Below, piece by piece: positions 29,764-39,703 of a stretch of DNA of 64,000 nt; position 1 is the stretch's first letter; every line of letters begins with the position of its first letter. Under the pieces are notes generated by a model, which did not search any database, was not told the origin of the DNA, and saw only the letters and a list, made by a program, of their open reading frames with translations. The stretch lies in IMG/VR virus record IMGVR_UViG_3300045988_127961; one strand, written 5' to 3'. The position numbers were made by a program, and so were the translations under genes. The stretch comes from a virus.

Positions 29764-29964
29764 ATGGAAAAAGAAATTGTTTATAGATATATGGGTTCTA
29801 ACGGTATTATTGAATCTTCTATATAGTTGACAGGAATTCCTGCGACTACTTTGTATAGATTAATAGCAGATTACAATAAGAAATTAACGAGAGATGGAAA
29901 AGAATTCTTTTCCATCTCTCCTTTAGTTCCCGAAGATGAATTAGAAGAATGGTATGAGGTCTAA
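29764..29964 (+). CDS. Small hypothetical protein (66 aa)
   Basis: RBS GAGGA. One TAG. Followed by a strong terminator. Confidence 0.3.
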
Positions 29965-29998
29965 ATAGGCCAGAATACATTGATTTAAATATAAAAAA

Positions 29999-30043
29999 AA
30001 TTAGGTTAAATAGGAAAAGAAACTATTTAACCTAATTTTTTTA
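29999..30043 (+). terminator. Rho-independent terminator with a 15-bp perfect stem
   Basis: AATTAGGTTAAATAG / CTATTTAACCTAATT followed by TTTTTTT. Confidence 0.75.
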
Positions 30044-30060
30044 GAAAGGAAGAGATAGAT

Positions 30061-31743
30061 TTGATAGTTAAAAATGATAGTGTTATCGAACAAGCTAAAT
30101 GGGAAGAGCTTCAAAAGAAAATCAATACTTTAGCTAAAGATAACTCAATAAAAAACGTTAATGGAAAAATCGTTGAAATAAAATCTATTGAAGACTATTA
30201 TAGTAATATCACTGGTATCGTTCAAATGAAGAAATTAGATCCATCTGTTCTTCGTATACCTTTAGATGAACCTATTATAAATATAAACGCTGATACTCGT
30301 CAAATTGAATTAACTAAAGAATTTGGAAAAACACAATTACTTACTGTTGAAAATGATCATTTGGCAGAAACAATTTATTTTCAAATTGATAGATATTTTG
30401 ATTTACAAGATTTAGCGGCTGATGATATTAAAATTTATATTCAGTATTATTTAAACGATCAAGTTCAAGGTTATTCTGAAGCTATTTGTCCTGATATCGG
30501 GACTGCTGGAAAACTGATTTTTGGATGGCAAATTAGTGATGAAGTGACTAGTGAATCTGGTACTTTATAGTTTTCTATTATTTTCTTTAAAAAGAATCCA
30601 AAAGATAATAATAATTTAATGTATGTATTTAATACATTACCAGCGCAAATGGTTATTAATAAAACTTTAGATATTGACGAAGATTTAATTACCGCTTAGC
30701 CTGTTGATTATTTAACTGGTTATCTAGAAAGCCTAATTGATTCAAAGAAATCTGCTGGTTTTGGTGTTCCTGATAATGTTGCTTTCTTGACAAGTATTTT
30801 AAATAATAAATCTGTTTATTTAACAGGTGATAAATTATATGCTTTAGCCTATAATGATACTTTAAATAATCCAGATAATACTACAATTGAATATAAATGG
30901 ATTTGTAATTATAGAGGAACTAATACTGAATTAAAAAGTGGTATTGGTTATGAATATAAAAAAATTATTGAAGATAATAGTATTTTTAGTGGAGATATGG
31001 TTTATAATGAAAAATTAACTTATTTCACTAAAAATGGAGATTCTTATATTAATAGCAGTAGTGATATTAATCTTGAAAACTACACTGCTAAGAAAAATGA
31101 TCTCTATTTAAAAGTTCAATATTGTGAAGTTGATGGATGCGGAAGCTATAGTGTCACCGCGTTTGGCGCTACTGCTAATCAAGTAAGCAAAGAAGTTAAA
31201 TGGACTGGATTGGCTATTTCTGTTGAAGGAATTAGTGAAAATTTTAGAATTGTTCTTGATCCTTCTCCTGATAATGGATGCTATTATGGTTCTTCTAACA
31301 CTATTACTGCTGTTGGATAGAATGATGAAGGTGTTTAGTGTACTTATCTTTGGAAAAAGAATGGCTCTGATTTTAGTACTGAAAAAACTGTAACCTTAAC
31401 TAAAGAAGATAATTATACTTTGTCAGTTCATGGCTATAAAAATAAAGATAGTATAGATTATCCTACAATTAGTTTCACTAATTATTTTGATCCAACTAAT
31501 TTAGTTCCTGTCATTGATAAAAAAGTTAAAATTGAGAATGGAAAATATATTGTTACAGTTACTAACACTAGTGAATTAGGCAATGGTATTTATGAATATC
31601 AATGGAAAAATGCGTAGGGTGCTACTTTAAAGACAACTTCTGATAATTCAACAGAAGTAGATGAAAATATTACTCAAGGAGCTGTAATTATCCAGAAGGG
31701 TGAAAGAAAATCGCAACCAGGAACCTTTAAGATTGAGGGGTAA
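30061..31743 (+). CDS. Structural protein (560 aa, TTG start). Paralog of the next gene.
   Basis: Frame-1 fragments 30061, 30787 and 31420 are joined by TAG. Shares the motifs ETIYFQIDRYFDLQDL and NTLPAQ with 31749..32369. Confidence 0.5.
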
Positions 31744-31748
31744 GATAA

Positions 31749-32369
31749 ATGATAACTAATCCAACTGATTATTATAGTGTTTTACATCAAATACAAGATG
31801 AAAATTTTCCAGTTAAATATCCTGCTCTTCCAGCCCCAGAAGATGAGAAGTTGGTTTAGATAGATTTAAACTCAAGAATTATTAGTAATGAAAATAGTTA
31901 TATTACAGTTGAAGGTGATCATGCTGCTGAAATTATTTATTTTGAAATAAATAGATATTTTGATACTATGGATTTAACCAATATGATGTGTATTATTTAG
32001 TATATTAATGCTGATAATGAAAAACGCATTTATCCAGTCCCATATTATGATACTTTAACTCATAAAGATAAAATTATTTTTCCTTGGGTTTTAAATTATA
32101 GTGCTACTAAAAAATCTGGCACTTTAAATTATATGATAACTTTTTATAAAATAGAAAAAGATTCTAATAATTTATTATATAATTTAAACACATTACCAGC
32201 AAGTCTTTAGGTTTATTCTAAACTTAATTTAGATTCTATTGTAAAAGAAGAAGATTATTATATAATTGATGATAGCCAAGTAGTACAACAAATTTGGGAG
32301 CGTTTAGCACGTTTAGAAGGATTTGTTGGTGGTAATGGGTTGGATGTTTATTGGATTGTTCTCGAATAA
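31749..32369 (+). CDS. Hypothetical protein (206 aa). Short paralog of the 30061 gene.
   Basis: The segments EIIYFEINRYFDTMDL and LNTLPASLQ match the N-terminal half of the preceding gene. Three in-frame TAGs. Confidence 0.45.
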
Positions 32370-32377
32370 ATAAACCA

Positions 32378-32413
32378 AATGGTATAGAATTATTAATTTA
32401 ATTCTATACCATT
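32378..32413 (+). terminator. Hairpin (14-bp stem), possible weak terminator
   Basis: AATGGTATAGAATT / AATTCTATACCATT. Only a short T/A-rich tail follows. Confidence 0.35.
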
Positions 32414-32442
32414 AATTTATAGAAAGGAGTTATTGAAGATCG

Positions 32443-33471
32443 ATGGCTCTATTTAAAATTTTAAAAGGTGATTCAGATAGATTAGTCACCTATGATGCGA
32501 AAACGGTTAATGGGAAAATACCTTTTCCCGCCTTAGATTCTGGAAAAACTTTATTCACCCCAGTAGAAGATGCTACTCCTATTAAAGAAGGATACGCTTA
32601 TTTTACAGAAGATACTCATAAATTTTATATTGATACTGTAGATAAAAGATTAAATTTATATACCGATCATGCAGATTATGCTACTTATGATGAAAATGGT
32701 CGTAATTTAGCCGAATTGTCAGAAGTATCTTATGAAAATATTGATGATAATGGAAGTAAAATTGGTACGATAAATATTAATGGAATTGAGTATAATGTTA
32801 CTTGTCCTGCGGATGTAGCAAGTAAACCTGTAAATAAATATGTGTTTACCGCGAAAGCAAATTAGAATACATTTACTATTCCTTTTGATTTTGATGATAG
32901 TAGTGCTTTAACTTTATATTATAATGGTATCATGCTAAAAGAAAATGATCATTACACTGTTAAGGGAAAGGTTATTACTTTAAATGGGTGGACTAGTGAA
33001 GCTGATGATTATCTTACTGTAATGGGTATTGAGGGTGCGGCTGCGATTAATGTTGATGAAAAAGTGGCTTAGATTCAAGAAGCAGTAGATAACGCCGAAG
33101 TGACTATTAATAATAAAGTTGCTGATGCTATTAAATCTATTGATAATAAATTGGCGACTGTACCTGATGATGTTACACAAGCAGTTTATAAAAATAAATC
33201 CAATATAATGACTGCTGATGGTAGAATTACGATGGATAGTAGTTATGTTCCTACGGCTGATATGGAATTAGCTACTAAAAAATATGTTGATAATGCTACT
33301 CCTCCTACAGTTGGAACTACTACTGATTATTCTATTTATATTGGATCTACACAACCTGCTTCTGGGACCGCTCCTTTAGTATGGATAGATACAACAGTTA
33401 AAACTGGCACTTTTAAATATAGAACTTCTACCACAGGTACTTGGACCCCTGTTCCCGTGGCTTGGATTTAA
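32443..33471 (+). CDS. Tail fibre protein (342 aa)
   Basis: RBS AAAGGAG. N-terminus MALFKILKGDSDRL...GYAYFTEDTHKFYIDT. Two TAGs. TAA stop. Confidence 0.55.
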
Positions 33472-33505
33472 TATAAATTTATTGTAAGAAAAAGGAGATA
33501 ATATT

Positions 33506-33916
33506 ATGGATCAAAATTTGATTAATCAATTATTCCAAGTATGTTTGATTCCTATGCTTGGCGCTTTAACTACTTTTATAGTTATTTGGATTAAAGCAAA
33601 AAGTGCGGAATTACAAAAGAAAACTAATAATGATATTTTAAATAAATATGTGCAAATGGCTACTGACACAATTACTAACTGTGTTATTGCCACTAATCAA
33701 ACTTATGTAAATTCTCTTAAAGAACAAGGTAAGTTTGATGAAGCTGCTCAAAAAGAAGCATTTTAGAGAACTTATCAAGCAGTATTGCTCATTTTAAGTG
33801 ATGACGCTAAAGAGTATTTGAATAATGCTTTTGGTGATTTAAATAAATATTTACAAGAGAAGATTGAGTCTACAGTAAATAATTATCGTACTCCAAGTAA
33901 TGATTTAAAGCAATAA
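33506..33916 (+). CDS. Holin, LL-H-like (136 aa). Single N-terminal transmembrane segment. One in-frame TAG.
   Basis: RBS AAAGGAG. TM helix LFQVCLIPMLGALTTFIVIWIKA followed by a charged or amphipathic tail. Located at the end of the structural module. Confidence 0.5.
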
Positions 33917-33920
33917 AAAT

Positions 33921-33962
33921 AAGGGAGACATTCTTAATTGAATGTCTCCCTTATTTTTTTTA
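33921..33962. terminator. Bidirectional rho-independent terminator
   Basis: AAGGGAGACATTC / GAATGTCTCCCTT, A-rich on the left and T-rich on the right. Separates the plus-strand holin from the minus-strand LytTR gene. Confidence 0.7.
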
Positions 33963-34685
33963 TCTAAATGGATTTTTCCATCGTCGATTAATTTCTTCAT
34001 AGCCTTTTTTAGGAAAGTATAAAACTTCACCATTTTTAAAAGTTAAATTATCTTTATTCATTATTTTAATTTGATTTAAATTAATAATTAAACTTGGCGG
34101 AATAAAGACAAAATCTGGATGATAAACTAAAGTTCCTATATAATTTTCAAAAGAAGTTTTTAAAGTTTTACTATTTAGAATTTCGTTCTCTAAATGACAA
34201 CACAAATTTCGTTTTTGAATATCAGCATATAATACTTTACCCAAATCAATTTTTACTTCTCCGTTAGGAGTGTCTAAATATTTATATTCACGTCTTTTTT
34301 CTTCTCTAACTTCATGTAAAATAGAAAAAATTTTTTCTTTATTAACAGGTTTTTTGACGAAGTTAAAGGCCTTTACTTCATAAGAAGCTACTCCATAATT
34401 TATTTGAGAGGAAACAAAAATTATTTTTCCAATATACCCATTTGTTTTTAAAGATGAGCTATTTCAATACCATCCATTTTTTTGAATGTAATTCCTAAAA
34501 AGATTGCATCATAATCAATATTGGAGTTAATTAATTTTTCAGGATCAGTAAATTTATATACATATCCTGGCAAATTAAATTCTTTAAAATACTGATTTAT
34601 TATTTCTTCTAATGAGTCATTTTGCTAATCGCTATTGTCGCAAACACCTACAATAAAAATTTTAATCACCTTCATTTTGTTTATT
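33960..34685 (-). pseudogene. LytTR-family (AgrA/ComE-like) response regulator, disrupted. The receiver-like N-terminus (ATG 34685) ends at TAA after IAHL in an A5 tract. The LytTR DNA-binding domain continues in the -1 frame.
   Basis: N-frame reads MKVIKIFIVGVCDNSD(Q)QNDSLEEIINQYFKEFNLPGYVYKFTDPEKLINSNIDYDAIFLGITFKKMDGIEIAHL then TAA. The other frame reads ...FVKKPVNKEKIFSILHEVREEKRREYKYLDTPNGEVKIDLGKVLYADIQKRNLCCHLENEILNSKTLKTSFENYIGTLVYHPDFVFIPPSLIINLNQIKIM..., which is a LytTR pattern. The canonical phospho-acceptor Asp is replaced (IFLGI instead of FLDI). Confidence 0.5.
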
Positions 34686-34759
34686 TTAGAAAAAATTTTT
34701 CTATCTCTATATTTTCTCTATATTATAATTATACAAAAATTTTTAAATATTGTAAAATA

Positions 34760-34835
34760 AAAAATTATAAAGTGTCAAATTTATTTAATTTTAAGTAAGT
34801 GAAATTTTTATTCAAAAAGTGTCAGTAATTATAAT
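34760..34835 (+). promoter_or_regulatory. Divergent AT-rich control region with two copies of AAGTGTCA (34770 and 34817) and a -10-like TATAAT
   Basis: Direct repeat AAAGTGTCAAATT / AAAGTGTCAGTAATT, 47 bp apart. TATAAT at 34830-34835. Lies between the LytTR gene and the downstream plus-strand cluster. Confidence 0.3.
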
Positions 34836-34918
34836 ATATTTACACAAAATAAAAGTCATATAATAATGAAAGGAAAAGATAAAACCTTTCATTATTATAT
34901 TTCTCCGGAGGTAATAAC

Positions 34919-35365
34919 ATGAATACTTATGGTTATCCATAGCAGTAGTATCCAATAGGTAATAATAGACCTATTTATGGAACAACTGCTACGCCTGTGA
35001 TTCAAAACAATACTACATAGCGAATTAGACCCGTTGCTTCTTTAGAAGAAGTTCGAGCTATGAATATAGATTTTGATGGTTCAGTTTTTTATTTTCCTGA
35101 CTATGCTAATCGTAGAATTTATACAAAACAAATAAATATGGATGGAACAGCTTCTATTAATATGTATGAATTAAAGGAAATCCCAAATTCTTCTTAGCCT
35201 AATAATGATTATATAACACGAGAAGAATTTAATACTACTTTAACTTCTATTAAAGAAGTATTTGCATAGATCATGGGATCTAATAACGCGGTTGCGCCGT
35301 CTTAGGAATCGGGTTAGCCAGCTCAATAGCAACCAGTAGAGAGCAAACCGCAGTTTAATTTTTAA
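34919..35365 (+). CDS. Gln-rich hypothetical protein (148 aa) with 8 in-frame TAGs
   Basis: RBS GGAGG. TAG codons flank CAG codons (CCA TAG CAG TAG TAT at 34937-34951) and occur in a PAQQQPV-type tail. Confidence 0.5.
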
Positions 35366-35377
35366 GGAGAGTTTTAA

Positions 35378-35626
35378 ATGACACAATCAATGAATCCAAT
35401 GCAAATTATTGCTATGATTAAAAACGGTCAAAATCCATAGCAATTAGTTTTATCTATGCTTGAAAATCAAATGGGCGGAACGCCAATGGGCAATAATTTA
35501 TTACAAATGGCACGGAACGGTCAATCCGATGACATTGAAAAATTTGCTCGTAATTTGTTTGAATCAAGAGGGTTAAATTTCGATAAAGAATTTAATAGTT
35601 TTAAGTCCCAAATGGGGTTTAAATAA
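35378..35626 (+). CDS. Small hypothetical protein (82 aa), one TAG
   Basis: RBS AAGGAG. TAA stop. Confidence 0.45.
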
Positions 35627-35652
35627 ATAAAATTATAGAAAGAGGTTTTGTT

Positions 35653-36534
35653 ATGTTTAATTACAATTATCCAATGAGCACGCCTAATTATTCATTATCT
35701 GATATTGCTGCGGCTTCTGGAAATGGCTATCGTAATAATGATGGCGGAATGTGGGGAGACGGAGCATGGTGGATTATTATCCTGTTCTTATTCTGCTTCA
35801 ATGGTTGGGGCGGTAATGGCTGGGGTAATAATGGTGCTAATGGTTCTGGTTTCCAAGGCACTACAACTCGAGAAGAAATCGGCTATGGTTTTAACATGAG
35901 CGATCTTAAATCTGGGGTTAATGGTTTAGCTTCTAGCCTTTGTAATGGTTTTAGTGGAGTAAACACTAATCTTTTAAGTGGTTTTGCTAATCTTGCTGAA
36001 ACTAATAATGCTAATACTCGCACTTTACAGAGTGATATCTGCAATATGGGTATGAATAATATGCAGAATACCTTTAGTATTACTCAGGCTATTAATGCTG
36101 ATACTGTAGCAAGTATGCAGAATACTAATAATTTAACTCAGCAATTAAGTAATATGGCAGCTACTAATGCTCAATGCTGCTGCGAAAATAAACAGTTAAT
36201 TCAATCTAGTTTTGCTGATCTTAATTATAATCTTGCTAGTATTGCTTGCCAGAATCGTCAGGCTACCGTTGATGGTGTTCGCGATATTATTGACAACAAT
36301 AATGCTAATATGCGTTCTATTCTTGACTTCCTTGTTCAAGATAAAATTGAGACTCTTACCAGTGAAAATAGCACTCTTAAAAATTAGATTTCTCAAAATC
36401 TTCAAAATGCTTATCTTATTGATCAGTTGTCTCCAAAAGCAACTCCTGCTTATATCGTTGCTAATCCTTATACTGGTGTTAGCTATACCAGTTATGGATG
36501 CGGTTATGGTTCAGGATGCGGTTGTAATTCCTGA
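35653..36534 (+). CDS. Asn/Gly-rich low-complexity membrane protein with Cys clusters (293 aa)
   Basis: RBS AAAGAGG. Hydrophobic segment WWIIILFLFCF. The region GWGGNGWGNNGANGSG, a CCC motif and a C-terminal YGCGYGSGCGCNS. One TAG. Confidence 0.5.
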
Positions 36535-36555
36535 TTGAAGAAAGAAGGTTAAATT

Positions 36556-36978
36556 ATGGAAATAACGGCTAATGCTTTACAATCAGTTGCTACTGGTTCT
36601 AATGTAGTATTCACTAACACAGCTGTTGCTGGAAACTGTTCCATAATGTATCGCGAGGGTAGCGGTTTAGTTACCCTCCGCGGTCTTACGAACGGTCAAC
36701 GCAGAGCTCGCTTCCGCATTTCATTTGGAGGTAATATAGGACTTCCAACTACTGGAACTGCGGGTGCTATTTCTTTGGCTATAGCTATTAATGGAGAGCC
36801 AGTTACTACTTCTACAATGATTTCCACTCCTACGGCTACTGGATAGTTTAATAATGTTTCACGTGCTTTATTCCTCGATGTGTTAGGCGGTTGTTGCACT
36901 CAAATCAGTATTGAAAACACGAGTTCATAGGCTATTGATGTTGAAAACGCCAGCTTAATTATCGAGAGAGTGGCATAA
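36556..36978 (+). CDS. BclA C-terminal-domain-like (C1q/TNF-like jelly-roll) protein (140 aa)
   Basis: The pattern ANALQSVATGSNVVFTNTAVAGNCSIMYREGSGLVTLRGL...RFRISFGGNIG...ISLAIAINGEPVTTSTMISTP...ASLIIERVA resembles exosporium BclA C-terminal domains. Two TAGs. Confidence 0.45.
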
Positions 36979-36991
36979 GGAGGTTTTTTAA

Positions 36992-37537
36992 ATGTGTGAT
37001 AAATTCCAAGAAATTAAAAAACAATTATTAACTCAAGTAGAAGGCCAAATGGCTCATTTAGAATGTGTTGATACAAAGGAAATGGGCGAAGTAATAGATA
37101 TGATAAAAGACCTTGAAGAGGCTATTTATTATTGCACTATTACTGAAGCTATGAATGATTTACCTGAAACCACACATTATTATACTGAAAAATATAAATC
37201 TCCTCATAAAAAAAGAATCTATAAACCTATGACATATGACTATGATTGGGAAGATTATGATTATGATGAGCACGAATATGAGATGCCAACAAGTGGGAAA
37301 TCTCATGAAACCCATGATAGCAGAGAAGGCCGTAGTGGCGTCCACAGAAAGATGTATATAGAAGCCAAAGAACTTCATAAAGATAAGAGTGTTTAGATAA
37401 AAGAGTTAGACAAGTATCTTCAAGAATTAAGTTCTGATATAGTAGAAATGATTGAAGATGCTTCTAATGATGAACGTTCTTATATGGAGAAGAAAATCTA
37501 GGCTTTAGCATCTAAAATTGGATCTATGAATGGTTAA
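36992..37537 (+). CDS. Hypothetical protein (181 aa). Acidic, with a Tyr/Asp-rich middle. Two TAGs.
   Basis: RBS AAGGAGG. Frame-2 ORF 36992 extends through TAGs at 37394 and 37498 to TAA at 37535. Confidence 0.45.
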
Positions 37538-37850
37538 TATTAATAATAGGAATTGGAGGATACTATTAGTATCTTCCAATCATCCTATGTTAATGCGACC
37601 TTCTGGAATATATACTTTAGGTTCTTGCGATGATCCTACTTCAACAATTTATATTAATGAAAATATTAGTAATAAAAAATTAAAAAAAGTATTAGCACAT
37701 GAATTAACTCATGCTGCTATTTTTAGCTATGATATTTCATTAAAACCAGAAGAAGAAGAATTGATTGCGGATTTAGTGGGAACTTATGGCGAAGAAATTA
37801 TAAATAATACTAATCTTTTATTTAAATAGATAAAAAAAATAAGGGAATGA
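37530..37850 (+). CDS. ImmA/IrrE-family zinc metallopeptidase-like protein (106 aa). HEXXH motif HELTH. The terminal TAG is read through to TGA at 37848.
   Basis: TIYINENISNKKLKKVLAHELTHAAIF matches the ImmA/IrrE core. The ORF ends with TAG at 37827, then IKKIRE and TGA inside the terminator. Confidence 0.5.
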
Positions 37851-37883
37851 AACTATTTTTGTTTCATTCCCTTATTTTTTTTT
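37832..37883. terminator. Bidirectional terminator between the convergent late (plus) and replication (minus) modules
   Basis: AAGGGAATGAAAC / GTTTCATTCCCTT with an A8 tract on the left and a T9 tract on the right. Confidence 0.7.
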
Positions 37884-37884
37884 A

Positions 37885-38313
37885 TTAGTCTTTAAGCGGT
37901 AATTTTAAAGTCCTTTCATAGTACTCTTTAGCCTATCCATTTCCACCTAAACCTGCATATACTTTAAAGAATTCGACTAACTATTCATACTGCCCTGAAG
38001 TCATATATCCTTGTTTTAAGAAACTTTGACATAACTGAATTAATCTAAATCTATAAGAAGCAAGAATTATTTCAATATATCTCTCACTAATTTTCTTTTC
38101 TTCCAATACAAAAGATCTCAAATTATTTAGATCTTCTTTGATTGGGGCTATATGTTCTTCAATTAATTCTTCTAATTTTTCATCTTTCTTTTCTTCTGCC
38201 AATTTTTGATACATTTTCATTTGAGTATAAATATATCTACAAAAGGCTAAGAGGCCAGCAGAAATAAGACCAAAAAATATTTCTATAAAATGCTAGGCAA
38301 TAAAAGCAGACAT
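37885..38313 (-). CDS. Small membrane protein (142 aa) with an N-terminal TM helix. Possible lysis-associated protein. Three in-frame TAGs.
   Basis: RBS GGAAGGAGG. MSAFIAQHFIEIFFGLISAGLLAFCRYIY then a charged coiled region. ORF-track fragment 37981..38220 is extended both ways through TAG codons to TAA at 37885. Confidence 0.5.
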
Positions 38314-38391
38314 AAAAAATACCTCCTTCCACTTAACTTCTAATATATTTTAAAAGAAGGGAAGGAGGATTATTTATTTAAGGCCTATCTA

Positions 38392-38904
38392 TTACTCCCA
38401 ATTAAAATCATTATTGGAACTTTCTTTCGTGAAATACGCAGTATATAAACATATGGCATCACATACATCATCATTGGCTTTTATATTATATTTTTGCTAT
38501 ACAAAATCAATATCGGCTTGTTTAAGAGTTTCACGTTTAATACTGCGTCCGGTTTTAATTCCAAGTTTTTTTCGCCATTCACTAGCCTACATTAGCTCTA
38601 ATGTTTTGGAAGTAAATGAAGAATTAACTCCGTGCGCACCTAACATTACTGCTCCTTGAAGCCACATTAATAAACGTGAAGTGTCAGAATATCCATAAGT
38701 TTCAGGATGAACATCTTCCGCCACTATCTTCTCTATATTATATTTTTTTACCAACTCAATAATCTAATCTTGTATTTTTTGTATTCTATCTAAATTATTA
38801 GAGGAAATCGCGGTTAGCAGTCCATAATCTAACATTTCTCCCTTACTATTAGATACACAATAACCAGTAGATTTAGTAGATAAATCTAAAAAGAGGATAT
38901 TCAA
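38392..38904 (-). CDS. RuvC-like Holliday-junction resolvase (170 aa, TTG start). Three in-frame TAGs.
   Basis: RBS AAGGAGG. N-terminus MNILFLDLSTKSTGYCVS... and later VAEDV and DAICLY acidic motifs typical of phage RuvC/YqgF-fold resolvases. Confidence 0.6.
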
Positions 38905-38936
38905 GTAATTACCTCCTTTCTTTAGGTTTGAGGTAA

Positions 38937-39455
38937 TTACTTTGAAGTTGAACCAAATCCTCCAAGGCGGTCACCAGAAGCGTTATCGTCTTCAGTGATT
39001 AAATAAGGTTTAATAATACCTTGGCCAATAACATCACCTTTATGAAGTTGAATATCAAAAGGAGATAAATTAATCATTTGAAAATAAATATGTCCTTCAT
39101 TGTCAGGATTATTATAATAGTCTGCATCAATAATCCCAACGCCATTAGCAAGAATAAGCCAATATTTTAAAGGACAAGAACTGCGAACTGATAATTCAAG
39201 ATATGTATTATCATTTAATTCACATTTAATTCCAGTAGGTACAAGAGTTGGTTTTGCCTTAAGATTTTTTGTCATATTACTCATATCTTCAAGGGAGATC
39301 GAATCAAAATAACATGTTGGAAATCTATTTAACAAATTCTTGTATGCTGGAATTACAATATCTTCCGCCACTGTAAAATCGTAGCCTGCGGATTTTGCTG
39401 TTTTTCTTACAGGCAAAACTGCATCAGGATATTTGCTTACTCGTTCAAACTTCAT
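38937..39455 (-). CDS. dut: dUTP diphosphatase (172 aa)
   Basis: Motifs SAGYDF, VRSS, GIIDADY, GDVIGQ and C-terminal RLGGFGSTSK. No TAG. Confidence 0.8.
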   Translation of the reverse strand: MKFERVSKYPDAVLPVRKTAKSAGYDFTVAEDIVIPAYKNLLNRFPTCYFDSISLEDMSNMTKNLKAKPTLVPTGIKCELNDNTYLELSVRSSCPLKYWLILANGVGIIDADYYNNPDNEGHIYFQMINLSPFDIQLHKGDVIGQGIIKPYLITEDDNASGDRLGGFGSTSK

Positions 39456-39703
39456 TAAAAGCTTACCTCATAATTTACATCAATATTACTAATAGGATCT
39501 TTTTCATCATTGAATTTCTTAACAAGAGTAACTTGATACCATTCATCGACAATTTCACCCTTAGCCTTTTTTTCTTTCTTTACTGAACTATACTTAGCTA
39601 AAATATATTTAGTTTCAGCCTTAGCCTCATCAATAAGCGCGGCCGCACTCTCTTCATTATCTACACGATAAACTTCTGTAGCACTTACAAGATACTTATT
39701 CAT
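39455..39703 (-). CDS. Hypothetical protein (82 aa)
   Basis: Intact ORF with TAA stop. Overlaps the dut start. Confidence 0.4.
   Translation of the reverse strand: MNKYLVSATEVYRVDNEESAAALIDEAKAETKYILAKYSSVKKEKKAKGEIVDEWYQVTLVKKFNDEKDPISNIDVNYEVSF

Noticed and set aside
33921-33962. Possible tRNA or small RNA in the hairpin-rich gaps (33921-33962, 37832-37883, 43366-43406, 59465-59493)
   Set aside because: These are simple perfect-stem hairpins with flanking A/T tracts, i.e. terminators. There is no cloverleaf, no T-loop GTTCRA-like motif and no anticodon stem.
36212-36538. A 108-aa hydrophobic ORF (Leu/Ile-rich) in an alternative plus frame overlapping the Asn/Gly-rich gene. Similar overlapping ORFs occur at 16553..16747, 35705..35899 and 6750..7025.
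   Set aside because: They lie entirely within well-supported genes and have no RBS. Their L/I/F-rich composition is what AT-rich codon bias produces in off-frames, so they are most likely spurious.
1-37850. Reading the many short plus-strand ORF-track fragments as separate small genes, or reading the region as degraded pseudogenes
   Set aside because: Every break is TAG. Frame is preserved across each break. No RBS or start follows the breaks. The joined products are coherent (TMP motif, holin TM, LRR repeats). Reassignment is far more parsimonious than dozens of same-frame nonsense mutations.
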